The translations under genes and the position numbers were made by a program. A DNA stretch of 64,000 nucleotides, from positions 105,144-169,143 of the forward strand of contig CALNXW010000016.1 in NCBI GenBank assembly GCA_942490685.1, in the 5' to 3' direction. The notes below the pieces were generated by a model. The model ran no database searches, was not told the DNA's origin, and saw nothing but the letters and a program-made list of their open reading frames with translations. This stretch comes from an uncultured bacterium (GTDB lineage: Bacteria > Bacteroidota > Ignavibacteria > Kapaibacteriales > UBA2268). Each line of letters opens with the position of its first letter. Within the stretch, counting starts at the first letter, position 1. Positions 29,970 to 40,550 of the stretch are shown here, piece by piece.

Positions 29970-31127
29970 ATGAGTATAATAGAATTTAACGAAATGCAAA
30001 TACAGGTGCGAGATATGGCAAGAAAATTTGCCGCAGAACACATTGCACCTTCTGCTATAGAAAGAGATATAAATGCTGAGTTCCCATATGAAATTATAAA
30101 AAAAATGGGAGAGCTCGGATTTATGGGGATGATGGTTTCTCCCGAATGGGGAGGAAGCGGAATGGATTATATCAGCTATTCTCTTGCCATGGAAGAATTC
30201 TCAAAGGCCGACTCATCTATAGGAATAATTACTTCAGTCCAAAATTCCTTAGTCTGCTGGATTTTAGAAAAGTATGGAAGTAACCAGCAAAAAGAAAAAT
30301 ATCTTAGACCTCTTGCCGAAGGTAAACATCTAGGATCTTATTGCCTTTCTGAGCCAAATGCCGGGTCTGATGCCAGAGGATTAGAAACTATCGCCAAACT
30401 CGAAGGAGATTGTTGGATATTAAACGGCAGTAAAATATGGGTCTCCAGTGGGCAAAACTCTGATACTTTTATTGTTTTTGCGCAGACTAATCCTGATTTA
30501 AAACACAAAGGTATAGCTAGCTTTATTATTGAAAAGGGTACACCCGGATTTGAAATTGGCAAAAAAGAAGACAAAATGGGAATGAGATCAAGTGATACTG
30601 TTGCAATTAGTCTCTTAGATGTAAAAATTCCCAAGGACAATATAATTGGCAAAGTAGGAGATGGCTTCTATATAGCTATGAAAGGATTGAATGGCGGGAG
30701 AATCGGTATTGCTTCCCAAGCATTAGGTATTGCTCAGGGAGCATACGAAGCAGCTGCAAAATATGCCATCCAGAGAAAAACTATGGGAGTTCCAATTATT
30801 GAGCATCAGCTTATCCAACAAAAACTTGCCCAGATGTCTATGAAAATTGATGCAGCAAGATTATTGGTTCACAAAGCAGCTTATCTAATGGACAAAGGAG
30901 AAGTGCCTATTAAAGCCGCTTCAGAAGCAAAACTATATGCTTCCACTATTGCAATGGAAGTAACTAGAGAAGCTATTCAAGTTCACGGTGGATATGGGTA
31001 TACGCGAGAATATTCGGTAGAAAGAATGCATAGAGATGCAAAAGTTACCGAAATATACGAAGGAACTTCAGAAATACAGCATATTGTAATTGCCAGAGAA
31101 GTTATGAAAGAATTTGGTTATAAATAA
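29970..31127 (+). CDS. Acyl-CoA dehydrogenase (short/branched-chain type)
   Basis: YCLSEPNAGSDA, KMGMRSSDT, LNGGRIGIA, QVHGGYGY, IYEGTSEIQ. Confidence 0.95.
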   Translation: MSIIEFNEMQIQVRDMARKFAAEHIAPSAIERDINAEFPYEIIKKMGELGFMGMMVSPEWGGSGMDYISYSLAMEEFSKADSSIGIITSVQNSLVCWILEKYGSNQQKEKYLRPLAEGKHLGSYCLSEPNAGSDARGLETIAKLEGDCWILNGSKIWVSSGQNSDTFIVFAQTNPDLKHKGIASFIIEKGTPGFEIGKKEDKMGMRSSDTVAISLLDVKIPKDNIIGKVGDGFYIAMKGLNGGRIGIASQALGIAQGAYEAAAKYAIQRKTMGVPIIEHQLIQQKLAQMSMKIDAARLLVHKAAYLMDKGEVPIKAASEAKLYASTIAMEVTREAIQVHGGYGYTREYSVERMHRDAKVTEIYEGTSEIQHIVIAREVMKEFGYK

Positions 31128-31157
31128 GATAAGTCAAAATAAAGCATTAGTCTTTAG

Positions 31158-31190
31158 AGTCACATATACTAAGATATGTGACTTTTTTTT
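31158..31190 (+). terminator. Intrinsic terminator
   Basis: AGTCACATAT/ATATGTGACT stem plus T8. Confidence 0.8.
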
Positions 31191-31293
31191 GTTCAGTTTT
31201 GTCAGAAATATATGTTTACAGTTAAGGGATTGTTAAAAGAAATTTTATTTAGACGCTTATTTTTGTATTTTTGTTTTCTACCAAAATAATAGA

Positions 31294-33267
31294 ATGCTTA
31301 TGAGATATTTATACTTTTTAGTTTTCATATCTTTTTTAATGTTTGCAAAGCTGACTGGTGAAGAACTTCAACGAGTGAGTGATGTAATTACATTGGAAAA
31401 TTATGACGACAACTTATATTTTATTGAACTTACGCTAGAATCAGAACCACAGCTAGGCAGTAAGTATGCCAAAGATTTTATAACTAAAAGTTATAAGACT
31501 GAAGACTCGACTCTTATTTCTCTTGGGCACTATATTTTAGCCAGAGCGGAATCTTATTTTGGGAACTACCAACTGGCACACTACAATGCCAATCGATCAT
31601 TATATATATATGATAAACCTTTGAATAAGCAACTTAAGTTCAATGTTATTACAAACTATATTACCATTCTGATTGAGCTTAAAGAGTATAATGAAGCACT
31701 GAAAGAGGCTACTAAATTACTTCTTCCTATGGCAGGTAATGATCCGATTTATGAGATGCAAATCCTTACCACAATGGGGACAATATATTCCTACCTGGAT
31801 GACAAGTTTGAAGCTATTGCACAATGGCAAAGAGCTTTGGATGTGGCAGATTCATTGGATCATCCGTCTTATGTTGCTCATTTAGGAAATAATATTGCTT
31901 CTAATTATATCTCTTTAGCCAAGAAAGATTCGGCAAAATATTATTTAGACATGGCTTCGAATAAAATTGAAGGTACTAACCAGTTTGTGCTTGAATCCTA
32001 TCTGAAATATACTAAGGCAGAATTTCATTTCAAATTTGAAGATTATGATTCTGCTTTATCTGAGATTAAGCAATGTATAGATGTGCAAATGTCAATAAAT
32101 GATATGTTTATATCTGACGCTTACGAACTGAAAAGTAAAATATTAAAGGCAAAAGGCAATTTCGAAGCTGCAATAACTGCTATGCAGAAGCATATAGATT
32201 ATTTCAAAGAACACCAATCTCAAGAGTCTACTATCAAAGAAAGAAAGAATCAGCTTTCTTTCGAATTGAATAAGTCCAGAACTGAAATCGAAATATTAAA
32301 TAAACAACTTCAGTTCCAAAGGCGAACTTTTTACATCATTTCTACTGTAGGTATTCTAATAGCTATTGCTTTGGCGATTTCTTTAATTAGGAATCGTTTG
32401 AGAACAAGAAGAATAAATGAATATTCAGAAATCATGAAGGCCCAGCAGATTGAGTTGAAAAATGTTAACAGAGAAATGGAAGAGTCTCGCGAAAAGATTA
32501 TTTTTGATGCTAATAAATTGATGCACTTAAATCAAAAATTAATCGATTCAGAAAACGAATTGAAGCAACTGAATATGACTAAAGATAAGTTCTTCTCAAT
32601 AATTGCGCATGATTTAAAAAATCCGTTTGCTTCTATGAAGAATCTGTCCGATATGCTGCATGACAATTATTCGCTTCTTGATGAAGAAGACAAGCAAGAG
32701 TTAATAGCTTCAATGAAAACTACTTCTCAAAGAATATTTGAATTATTGGAAAATTTACTTACTTGGTCTCGTTCGCAAAGAGGAATTATTCAATTTAACC
32801 CGGATAATGTCACACCGGCTTTTGTCGCCCAAAATAATTTCGATCTACTCGCAGAAAATGCTGCAAATAAAAAAATCAGGTTAATCAATGATATTTCTTC
32901 TGAATTGGAAATTGTAGCAGATTCGAATTTACTTAGTACTATTATTAGGAATCTTACTTCTAATGCAATAAAATTTACTCCTGAACAAGGGCAAATAACT
33001 ATAGGGGCTGAAGATAAAGGATCATTCGTCGAATTTTGCGTTAAAGATACCGGAATAGGTATAAGTGAAGAAGACAAGCATAAGCTTTTCAGGATAGATA
33101 TCTCTCATACTACTATTGGTACCGGGCAGGAAAAAGGAACAGGTCTAGGTCTGATTTTATGTAAAGAGTTTGTAGAAAAGCATGGTGGCAGGATTTGGGT
33201 AGAAAGCACTTTGGGGGAAGGTACTACTTTCAAGTTTACTATTGCAAAAATGTCGCTTGAAGTTTAA
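31294..33267 (+). CDS. Orphan sensor histidine kinase (periplasmic TPR-like region, TM, coiled coil, HisKA, HATPase)
   Basis: FSIIAHDLKNP H-box, NLTSNAIKF N-box, DTGIG, GTGLGL; no response regulator nearby. Confidence 0.9.
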   Translation: MLMRYLYFLVFISFLMFAKLTGEELQRVSDVITLENYDDNLYFIELTLESEPQLGSKYAKDFITKSYKTEDSTLISLGHYILARAESYFGNYQLAHYNANRSLYIYDKPLNKQLKFNVITNYITILIELKEYNEALKEATKLLLPMAGNDPIYEMQILTTMGTIYSYLDDKFEAIAQWQRALDVADSLDHPSYVAHLGNNIASNYISLAKKDSAKYYLDMASNKIEGTNQFVLESYLKYTKAEFHFKFEDYDSALSEIKQCIDVQMSINDMFISDAYELKSKILKAKGNFEAAITAMQKHIDYFKEHQSQESTIKERKNQLSFELNKSRTEIEILNKQLQFQRRTFYIISTVGILIAIALAISLIRNRLRTRRINEYSEIMKAQQIELKNVNREMEESREKIIFDANKLMHLNQKLIDSENELKQLNMTKDKFFSIIAHDLKNPFASMKNLSDMLHDNYSLLDEEDKQELIASMKTTSQRIFELLENLLTWSRSQRGIIQFNPDNVTPAFVAQNNFDLLAENAANKKIRLINDISSELEIVADSNLLSTIIRNLTSNAIKFTPEQGQITIGAEDKGSFVEFCVKDTGIGISEEDKHKLFRIDISHTTIGTGQEKGTGLGLILCKEFVEKHGGRIWVESTLGEGTTFKFTIAKMSLEV

Positions 33268-33335
33268 AAGATGAATTTTTTTCTTGCGCAATATCTCAAA
33301 AAGTCATATATTTGCATTCTCTTTGATTGAGGAAG

Positions 33336-33410
33336 GGGCGAGTAGCTCAGTTGGTCTAGAGCACCTGCCTTACAAGCAGGGGGTCGGGAGTTCGACTCTC
33401 TCCTCGCCCA
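33336..33410 (+). tRNA. tRNA-Val(TAC), copy 1
   Basis: GGGCGAG/CTCGCCC acceptor stem, CTTACAA anticodon loop. TATATTTG promoter motif at 33307-33314. Confidence 0.95.
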
Positions 33411-33462
33411 CACCTTTTGACAATCAAATAGCCGATTATTCTTCTGGAAAGAAAAATCAATC

Positions 33463-33537
33463 GGGCGAGTAGCTCAGTTGGTCTAGAGCACCTGCCTTAC
33501 AAGCAGGGGGTCGGGAGTTCGACTCTCTCCTCGCCCA
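33463..33537 (+). tRNA. tRNA-Val(TAC), copy 2
   Basis: Identical 75-nt sequence to copy 1. Confidence 0.95.
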
Positions 33538-33591
33538 CATCTTTTTTGACAATCGAATAGCCGGTTATTCTTCTGGAAAGAAAAATCAATC

Positions 33592-33666
33592 GGGCGAGTA
33601 GCTCAGTTGGTCTAGAGCACCTGCCTTACAAGCAGGGGGTCGGGAGTTCGACTCTCTCCTCGCCCA
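33592..33666 (+). tRNA. tRNA-Val(TAC), copy 3
   Basis: Identical 75-nt sequence to copy 1. Confidence 0.95.
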
Positions 33667-33682
33667 CTCAAAAAAGAAAATG

Positions 33683-33716
33683 AATCCTATACACTAGATG
33701 TATGGGATTTTTTTTT
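33683..33716 (+). terminator. Terminator of the tRNA cluster
   Basis: AATCCTATAC/GTATGGGATT stem plus T-tract. Confidence 0.7.
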
Positions 33717-34004
33717 GCTTTGACTCAAATTTGGATTCTCTATTTTCTTTTAATTCAGATTTGTCATTTGGTAATAGAATATTCTCACAACAGTTCAACG
33801 GCTTGGCTTTAGCCCGTTGCAAATAATAAGATTTTCTTATTAGGCAAGAAAGCTGTTAGCCTTTATGTTATAGGTAATTACCGGAAAGTTTATTTTCTAA
33901 TGGCAAATGTGGGTTCAATAGAAGCAAAAAGCATACTTTAAATTATATAAAAAAAAACCGTGAGAAATCTTCCCACGGCTTTTCTATTACTATCTATTGT
34001 TTTT

Positions 34005-37000
34005 TTACTTACTAATCATTACTTTTTCTGTCTTCAAAACATGGCCTGAACGTAGCTTGAGAATATAAGCTCCTGAGTTATATTTATCAGTATCTAAGGT
34101 AGCACTATACTTGCCGGAAGGAACTTTAGCATTGAATAAGGTTTCAATTTTTCTTCCTTGCATATCGTATACTTCTAAAGTTGTACCAGCTTCATATCCT
34201 GTTGTAAAAGAAAGCTCAGTTGCTTGATTAATTGGATTAGGAGAGACTTTATCAATAGCCGTATGATATTCACCCTGACTAATCAAAATACCTTCATTAA
34301 AGCAGATTCCATTGATCGCCAGATATAGTGGAGTAGTGTATTCACTTTCACATCCTTCATATATAGGTCTTATTTTGAGAGGAGACACCAAATTGTCGCC
34401 TAATAAAGCTTTATACTCTACAAGAAGGATAACATCATCAAATGCTGTTGAAAGACTTCCTGAACCTTCAAGCCTGAACACTCCATCTGCAACCTTTTCC
34501 AGTTTAGTCCAAGTAAAACCACTAGGTCTAGTGTTAAGTACCTGAAGGATATTAATTAGATTTTCGTCAACTTCAAGCTCTAATTTAAGCTCAGTGATAT
34601 TTGAATAAGAAAGCACAGGTACAGATGCACGAATTGCAAATACGCTCTGGTTATTTCCATAAGGTACTACAGTCAAAGTATCAACATTTGAGTAAAAACT
34701 AGGATTTACAGATTTGCCTGATAGATTTACATTATAAGTATTATCATCAATATCTTTTATAGTCAATATATCAGTATAGCTACCTTGTGCATCAGCGTTT
34801 AAATGGACATGAATTTTCATATCTTTAGTTGGCAAAATAGTATGTTCCAAATCCGGATGAGTTACATAGAAGGAGCTTCCATCTTGTAAGCTAATTTCTT
34901 TAATAGTAACACTCTCGTTTTCAGAAGGATTAGTTACTGTGATAGATTCTTCAAAATCATCGCATACTAAAACAGTTCCCAAATCAAGAGAATTTGGAAT
35001 TAGAAGCCCTTGGACTTCACAAGTGAAATCATGTGTCTGAGTTATAGTAGGATTGCTTTCATTTCCTGCAACTGCATCAGATTTTATATCAAAAGATACA
35101 GCTCTGGAACCTCTTAATATAGGTGTAAAGGATAGTTCGATAGTTTCAGTATTACCTTTAGAAATATCCAAATCAGTAACATTTGAGATAAAAGTATAAT
35201 CACTTGCACCCTGGCTAATTGTGATATCATATAATTTCAAATTATCAGCACTTCCGGAATTAGTAATTTCCAGATACGCAGTTGAAGTCTGTCCCGGTTC
35301 TACTTCATCAGGACAAATCCAGTTTAAGCTGTAAGCCGGTAGTACGCCCGTTCCTGAAAGTTTAAATGTGTTTGTAGAAGGAGCGTTTTCTACCTGAAAT
35401 TCATAAGTGCTTTCGTAGTATTGTTCAGCATTTGGTTTAAAGCTAACATCTATAGTATATTCGCCGTTTTTAGGGATTATAAAATCTGCAGGCGGAGAAG
35501 TTAGCTCTATTCTGTCACTTGCTGTAGTGTTAGTAAAACTTATAACTTTAAGATCTAAATTACTATTGTTTTTAATCACTATCTTATCATCATTGATAGA
35601 TCCTACACGTTTTTCCTTCCAGTCAATATCATTTACAGTTACATCTGTGATAACAACATTAGCTTCAAGTGCTGCGTGGTTATCAGGGCATTCTGTGTGT
35701 AGATTGAAATTGATGAAAGCTGATTTTTGACCTGCTGTAGTAGAATAACAAGTTATATCAGTCTCCCAACATTCACCCGGCTGAACAGAAAAAGTTCCTG
35801 TTTGAGACAAACTGAAGTCTGCTGCGTCAGGACCTTCTATCACAGGTGTTATTACTAATGAGTCATTAGATAAGTTTTCGAAGACGCAAACATTATTTTT
35901 GGTTTCGTATACTGAAGCAGCAACTTCCATAAAATTGACAGACTTTGCATCAAATTCACACTGTCCGTTACCAACAACATCAATCGGAACAGGATCCAGA
36001 CAGTCAACTCCAAGCAATAGTTGAGCACTTCTTTGTCCTCTTTCTTGCGGAGTAAAAATGACTGTTACATCCAAACTAGCTCCAGGTAAAATTTCTTCTC
36101 CCAATAGGGAAGGTGTTATAGAAAACTCACCTAGCGGATCGTTTGCTATTTGTTCTGACTGGATTTTAACAGGGATGCTTCCGTTATTTGTTATAGCACT
36201 TGTAAGAAGCCTTGTAATTGAATTTCCTAAAGCACAGTCACCAGCATCTAAAGAAGTATTGTTAAAAGCGATTTCAGGAGAAACGACTTCAAAATTTTGG
36301 CTGTTTACATGCGATGTATAAGCATTATTAGGGAATGCATAAGCAACTATACCATCAGATACGCCCTGAGCAACAGCAACACTGTCATATCTGGAAACAG
36401 AATCTTTAAAGGTAGCTGCATAAACATAGTCATGGTAATAATACTCGCGAGGAAAATTGATACCTGATAAACTTCCGGCATGAACTTCTTTGAGTACGAG
36501 ATCAGATTTATTATAGATTACCGAAAATACTTTTGGTGTTGCAGTGTAAGGTAAACTATATAAACCAAAATCAAATATGCCTGTGTAAAGTCCCTCTATA
36601 TAGACGTTTGTATCATCAGTAACAATTTTTGTACCCAACATATCGAGGTTCTTATTCTGAGATTCAAAAAGTACTCCAAGTATGTTGCCATCAAGCACTT
36701 TACCTGAAGCATCATGTTTAGAAACAAATAAATATCTTCTGTTTTTTGCAATGTAATCAGGTGTTTTAGACCCAAAATTACAATTATCCATGGCTGAGCC
36801 GGTAACAAAGATCGTCCCGTTATCATTATAAACGGCAGTTGCAGAGTCGTTTTGACTACCACCGTTTGTTTCTACCCATCTCGGTTTCCCGGTATTAGGA
36901 TTAATCGCCATTAGATAATAATCTTTTTTACCTTTACTACTTTTCCCGATTGGTGCCGGTCCAAAAGCAGCATAGTTTTCAAAATAACCAACAGCATAAA

Positions 37001-38552
37001 TATTATCACTCACATGTAAGCCGGTAGCACCGTCTTCACCATTTCCTGTTATCAAACAAGTCCAGCGGTATTTATTTTTCTTATCTGCTCTGATTCTATA
37101 ATTACCTTCCTGAGGTACTTGCCATTTGTAACTCAAGCCTGTTGCAGAAGTAGTTATGGTGTCCCATATATTACTATTGTTCAAATCATATGATAAAATC
37201 ACATGAGAGTTTTTATTGACTCCTGACCATAAAATATCTATAGAATCGCATAAAGAGAATGACTCACCACCTACAGGAGCATCAATAACAAGATCCTCTG
37301 CACCTGCAACAACAGGAATTGATTTTTTACATGGGTAGCCTTCTAAAAGCAAGTTTGCTGTTCTAACCTGAATATTTTTCTGTGCAAAAACTACTTTGAT
37401 TTTTTCAGTTTTGCCTTCAGGAATATCGAACGGTAATGTCCTTCCTTCCCAGTCTACTGAAAAGAAACTTTGGTTTTGATCAAAAGAGGCTCCTGTTACC
37501 TGAAAATCGTCATATTGAGGAGTAAAGTCTACGTATCCGGATATCACCTCATCTTTTTGTGCCATCCCCAGATTATATAGTGAGCGTTGATTATTCAGCC
37601 TTGGAACTGATTTTTCGGGAAGAACAAAAGGTCTTTCAAGCACTCTACCATTGTCATAGTTTAGTCTTAGGTATTCTACTCTAGCTAATCTATTTCTGGA
37701 ATCATCATCACAGCCGTGAGTTGTGTTCCAAGATAGATAGCATAAAAGTAAATTTTGTAGTTTCTCTGCTATTCTGTTATAAAGATCATCTAGTTCATCT
37801 CTGGTGTCTACTCGCCAGCTTTCTCCACCTGTATACTTAGCAATAGAGTTTAAATCTTGATTTTTTGGAGTATTTAAAGTAATCGAATAAACCTGAATAT
37901 TTGCAAGCTGCATTGCATGAATGATTTTGTCGGTCTCAGGTGGATCTGTTGGTTCTCCATCAGTAAGGAAGATAGCAACTTTCCTAACATCAGAAGGCCT
38001 GGATTTAAAAAGCTCTACTGCACCTGTATTAGCATCCATAAAAGGAAAATCATAAATTGTTTTGCCAATTATTTGAATTTTATCAAGTGAATCTAAGAGT
38101 TGTTTTTTGTCATTAGTAAAAGGACAAGTAAGTTTACAAGTACCACCAAAATTCGTTATTCCGACTGTTGTTCTACCCACAAAATTTATTTTGTTTACAA
38201 AACTAGTAACAGCATAATGTACCCAATCCCATCTAAGTGCAAGAGGGTTTTGTGAAACAGTATCTTTCATAGAATCACTTCTATCCAAAATCAGTAATAC
38301 ACTGACCTCCTTATTGCCCTCTTCACAGACTAGTTTGAGGCTTGGATCCATTGAGATTCCGTTTTCAAATACATCAAAATCATCGGCAGTTAAATTATCT
38401 ACCGAATTTCCTGCATTATCTAACACCTGAATATTTGCTCTTATTTCCGGGAAATTTGAGCCGTCTATTGCAGATATTGAATAACGATCAGCATGCAAGG
38501 TTGTTTGTGATAACAACAGCATAAAATATAGAATTGTAAACAAAAACTTCAT
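34005..38552 (-). CDS. Large T9SS cargo: vWA domain, beta-propeller-like repeats, multiple ASH/Ig domains, cohesin-like region and CTD
   Basis: Signal peptide; MIDAS LILDRSDS and FLTDG; repeated I.N.G Ig-like units; CTD VSPNPINQ...SGAYILKL...VMISK. Confidence 0.85.
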   Translation of the reverse strand: MKFLFTILYFMLLLSQTTLHADRYSISAIDGSNFPEIRANIQVLDNAGNSVDNLTADDFDVFENGISMDPSLKLVCEEGNKEVSVLLILDRSDSMKDTVSQNPLALRWDWVHYAVTSFVNKINFVGRTTVGITNFGGTCKLTCPFTNDKKQLLDSLDKIQIIGKTIYDFPFMDANTGAVELFKSRPSDVRKVAIFLTDGEPTDPPETDKIIHAMQLANIQVYSITLNTPKNQDLNSIAKYTGGESWRVDTRDELDDLYNRIAEKLQNLLLCYLSWNTTHGCDDDSRNRLARVEYLRLNYDNGRVLERPFVLPEKSVPRLNNQRSLYNLGMAQKDEVISGYVDFTPQYDDFQVTGASFDQNQSFFSVDWEGRTLPFDIPEGKTEKIKVVFAQKNIQVRTANLLLEGYPCKKSIPVVAGAEDLVIDAPVGGESFSLCDSIDILWSGVNKNSHVILSYDLNNSNIWDTITTSATGLSYKWQVPQEGNYRIRADKKNKYRWTCLITGNGEDGATGLHVSDNIYAVGYFENYAAFGPAPIGKSSKGKKDYYLMAINPNTGKPRWVETNGGSQNDSATAVYNDNGTIFVTGSAMDNCNFGSKTPDYIAKNRRYLFVSKHDASGKVLDGNILGVLFESQNKNLDMLGTKIVTDDTNVYIEGLYTGIFDFGLYSLPYTATPKVFSVIYNKSDLVLKEVHAGSLSGINFPREYYYHDYVYAATFKDSVSRYDSVAVAQGVSDGIVAYAFPNNAYTSHVNSQNFEVVSPEIAFNNTSLDAGDCALGNSITRLLTSAITNNGSIPVKIQSEQIANDPLGEFSITPSLLGEEILPGASLDVTVIFTPQERGQRSAQLLLGVDCLDPVPIDVVGNGQCEFDAKSVNFMEVAASVYETKNNVCVFENLSNDSLVITPVIEGPDAADFSLSQTGTFSVQPGECWETDITCYSTTAGQKSAFINFNLHTECPDNHAALEANVVITDVTVNDIDWKEKRVGSINDDKIVIKNNSNLDLKVISFTNTTASDRIELTSPPADFIIPKNGEYTIDVSFKPNAEQYYESTYEFQVENAPSTNTFKLSGTGVLPAYSLNWICPDEVEPGQTSTAYLEITNSGSADNLKLYDITISQGASDYTFISNVTDLDISKGNTETIELSFTPILRGSRAVSFDIKSDAVAGNESNPTITQTHDFTCEVQGLLIPNSLDLGTVLVCDDFEESITVTNPSENESVTIKEISLQDGSSFYVTHPDLEHTILPTKDMKIHVHLNADAQGSYTDILTIKDIDDNTYNVNLSGKSVNPSFYSNVDTLTVVPYGNNQSVFAIRASVPVLSYSNITELKLELEVDENLINILQVLNTRPSGFTWTKLEKVADGVFRLEGSGSLSTAFDDVILLVEYKALLGDNLVSPLKIRPIYEGCESEYTTPLYLAINGICFNEGILISQGEYHTAIDKVSPNPINQATELSFTTGYEAGTTLEVYDMQGRKIETLFNAKVPSGKYSATLDTDKYNSGAYILKLRSGHVLKTEKVMISK

Positions 38553-38967
38553 AACAGCCTCTTATATTATATTATTATTATATCCAAAATTAACTAATAT
38601 GAATTTTGTAAATCCATATATATCAATACCTTGATAAGATAGTCAATATTATTTGTTTTTGAAAATTTATTTTTCTTGAAATAGAATGTATTTACAGTAA
38701 TAGCAAGTAAGAAGTTTTATAAAACAAATGACACATATTATTATTAACTATTTGAAGGTTGAAATATTTAAAATCACGAGAAAAAAAGTTTTATTTGCAT
38801 ACCGATATATTGGTATGTTAAAATATATGTAAAACAGATATAAAATATATTTTTTAAAAACTTCACTTGATGGAGACTAAACAATACAATTTTCTTTTTT
38901 GATACTATTGCATAATTGTCTATTATTGAATCTGAAATTATGCGTCATTTAGATTGGAAAACTTTAT

Positions 38968-39432
38968 ATGAAACTGCTTGTTTGCTTGTTGCTACTTGGG
39001 TTGGGTTCAATCAATAATATAGCTCTCAATAGATTAGATGGCTCTACCTGGGTAGTGAGTGAATATTTTGAAGATGGAGATTTATTGCATCAGGAGTATA
39101 CTTTCAAGCAATTGAATGACTCCACAATGGAACAGGTTACCAGAGCGAAATCACAGGCGAATAGTCCATTGAAAGTTATTTCTACAACAAAGCTGATAAT
39201 CACAGAGAATGGGATTAAATGCCATGCTCAGGATACTTCTCTGCATTTAATTTGCTATACAAAAGGTAAAAGCATATACTTTGATTATGATTACAAATTG
39301 CATGGTAAACATCTAAAGATGCGAGACGCTTGGATCTATATGAATGATTCTACTTTTACTATGATGATTGGACAAAGGCAGAATGACGAATTTACAAAAT
39401 TATTTATGGAAACTAAGCTGATTAGGAAGTAA
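38968..39432 (+). CDS. Secreted hypothetical protein (probably beta-barrel or lipocalin-like)
   Basis: Signal peptide; LDGSTWV start; TAATG coupling to the radical SAM gene. Confidence 0.65.
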   Translation: MKLLVCLLLLGLGSINNIALNRLDGSTWVVSEYFEDGDLLHQEYTFKQLNDSTMEQVTRAKSQANSPLKVISTTKLIITENGIKCHAQDTSLHLICYTKGKSIYFDYDYKLHGKHLKMRDAWIYMNDSTFTMMIGQRQNDEFTKLFMETKLIRK

Positions 39433-40550
39433 TGGCATATCATACTATACAATCAAAATCAATTCTTCGAAAAATGAAACAGGTAGATTCCTGGTTTCTT
39501 TCTGCTTACGGAATGAATTTATATCGAGGATGTGCACATAACTGTAGTTACTGCGACGGGAGGGCAGAAGGGTATTATGCACCTGAAAAGTTTGCTACAG
39601 AGATTGAAGTAAAAGAAAATTCGGCAGAAATTTTAGATCGTGAGCTTAATCCTTCAAGAAAACGGAAACCATTTGAGAAGGCCTTCATTCTCTTAGGTGG
39701 AGGAATTAATGATAGTTATCAATCCGCTGAAAAGAAATTTGAATTATCAAAAAAAGCCCTTGAAGTAATACTTAAGTATGGACATGCTGTGCATGTTCTA
39801 ACTCGATCACCTTTAGCTATAAGAGATAGTGAACTTATAAAGGATATATACAAGAAAAGAGCTGCACTGTTTTCCATGAGCTTTTCAACCGCAGATGATA
39901 ATTTGGCAAAAGTATTTGAACCAAATGCTCCAAGTCCAACTCAAAAATTGAAAACAATAGAACATTTTAGAAATTTGGGTATACCATGTGGTGTTTTTCT
40001 TATGCCGGTTATTCCTTTTGTTACTGATACTCCGAAACAAATTGATAATACAATTAGGATGGCAAAGAATGCAGGTGCAATGTATGTAATATTCGGAGGA
40101 ATGACCCTAAAAGAGGGGAGACAGAAAGATCATTTTATGAAGATATTGGATACAAATTTTCCGGATCTATCTATAAATTATGATATGATTTTTAATAAAG
40201 ATAAGTGGGGGAGCGCTAATTCAGATTATTATCAATATATAGATTCTGTTTTTGATCAAGTGGCTGCTCGTCATAATATGCCGAGAAGAATAAATGTATC
40301 TTTAGCAAAAAATCTGTTCGATCTGAATACTAAAGCTGCATTGATTTTAGAGCATCTTGATTACATATCAAAATTGCGCGGTCATAAAACACCTTACGGT
40401 CAGGCAGCAAGAAAGATTCGGATGATGCAGGATTCAATAGAGAACCTAAAATCACCACGTGATATAAATGGTGTAGGAACATTCACGGCAAAAATTATCC
40501 GAGAGATAATAGATACCGGAACATCATCATACTACGAAAAAAATCTATAA
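39432..40550 (+). CDS. Radical SAM protein of the SplB/Rv2578c-like clade with a C-terminal HhH/PolX-N-like tail
   Basis: MNLYRGCAHNCSYC (CxxxCxxC), DSYQSAE, LTRSPL, FEPNAPSP; C-terminal INGVGTFTAKIIREIIDTG. Confidence 0.85.
   Translation: MAYHTIQSKSILRKMKQVDSWFLSAYGMNLYRGCAHNCSYCDGRAEGYYAPEKFATEIEVKENSAEILDRELNPSRKRKPFEKAFILLGGGINDSYQSAEKKFELSKKALEVILKYGHAVHVLTRSPLAIRDSELIKDIYKKRAALFSMSFSTADDNLAKVFEPNAPSPTQKLKTIEHFRNLGIPCGVFLMPVIPFVTDTPKQIDNTIRMAKNAGAMYVIFGGMTLKEGRQKDHFMKILDTNFPDLSINYDMIFNKDKWGSANSDYYQYIDSVFDQVAARHNMPRRINVSLAKNLFDLNTKAALILEHLDYISKLRGHKTPYGQAARKIRMMQDSIENLKSPRDINGVGTFTAKIIREIIDTGTSSYYEKNL

Noticed and set aside
33284-33666. CRISPR-like array or 62-aa ORF
   Set aside because: The repeats are complete tRNA-Val genes and the spacers are near-identical to each other; the ORF is a shadow of the tRNA.
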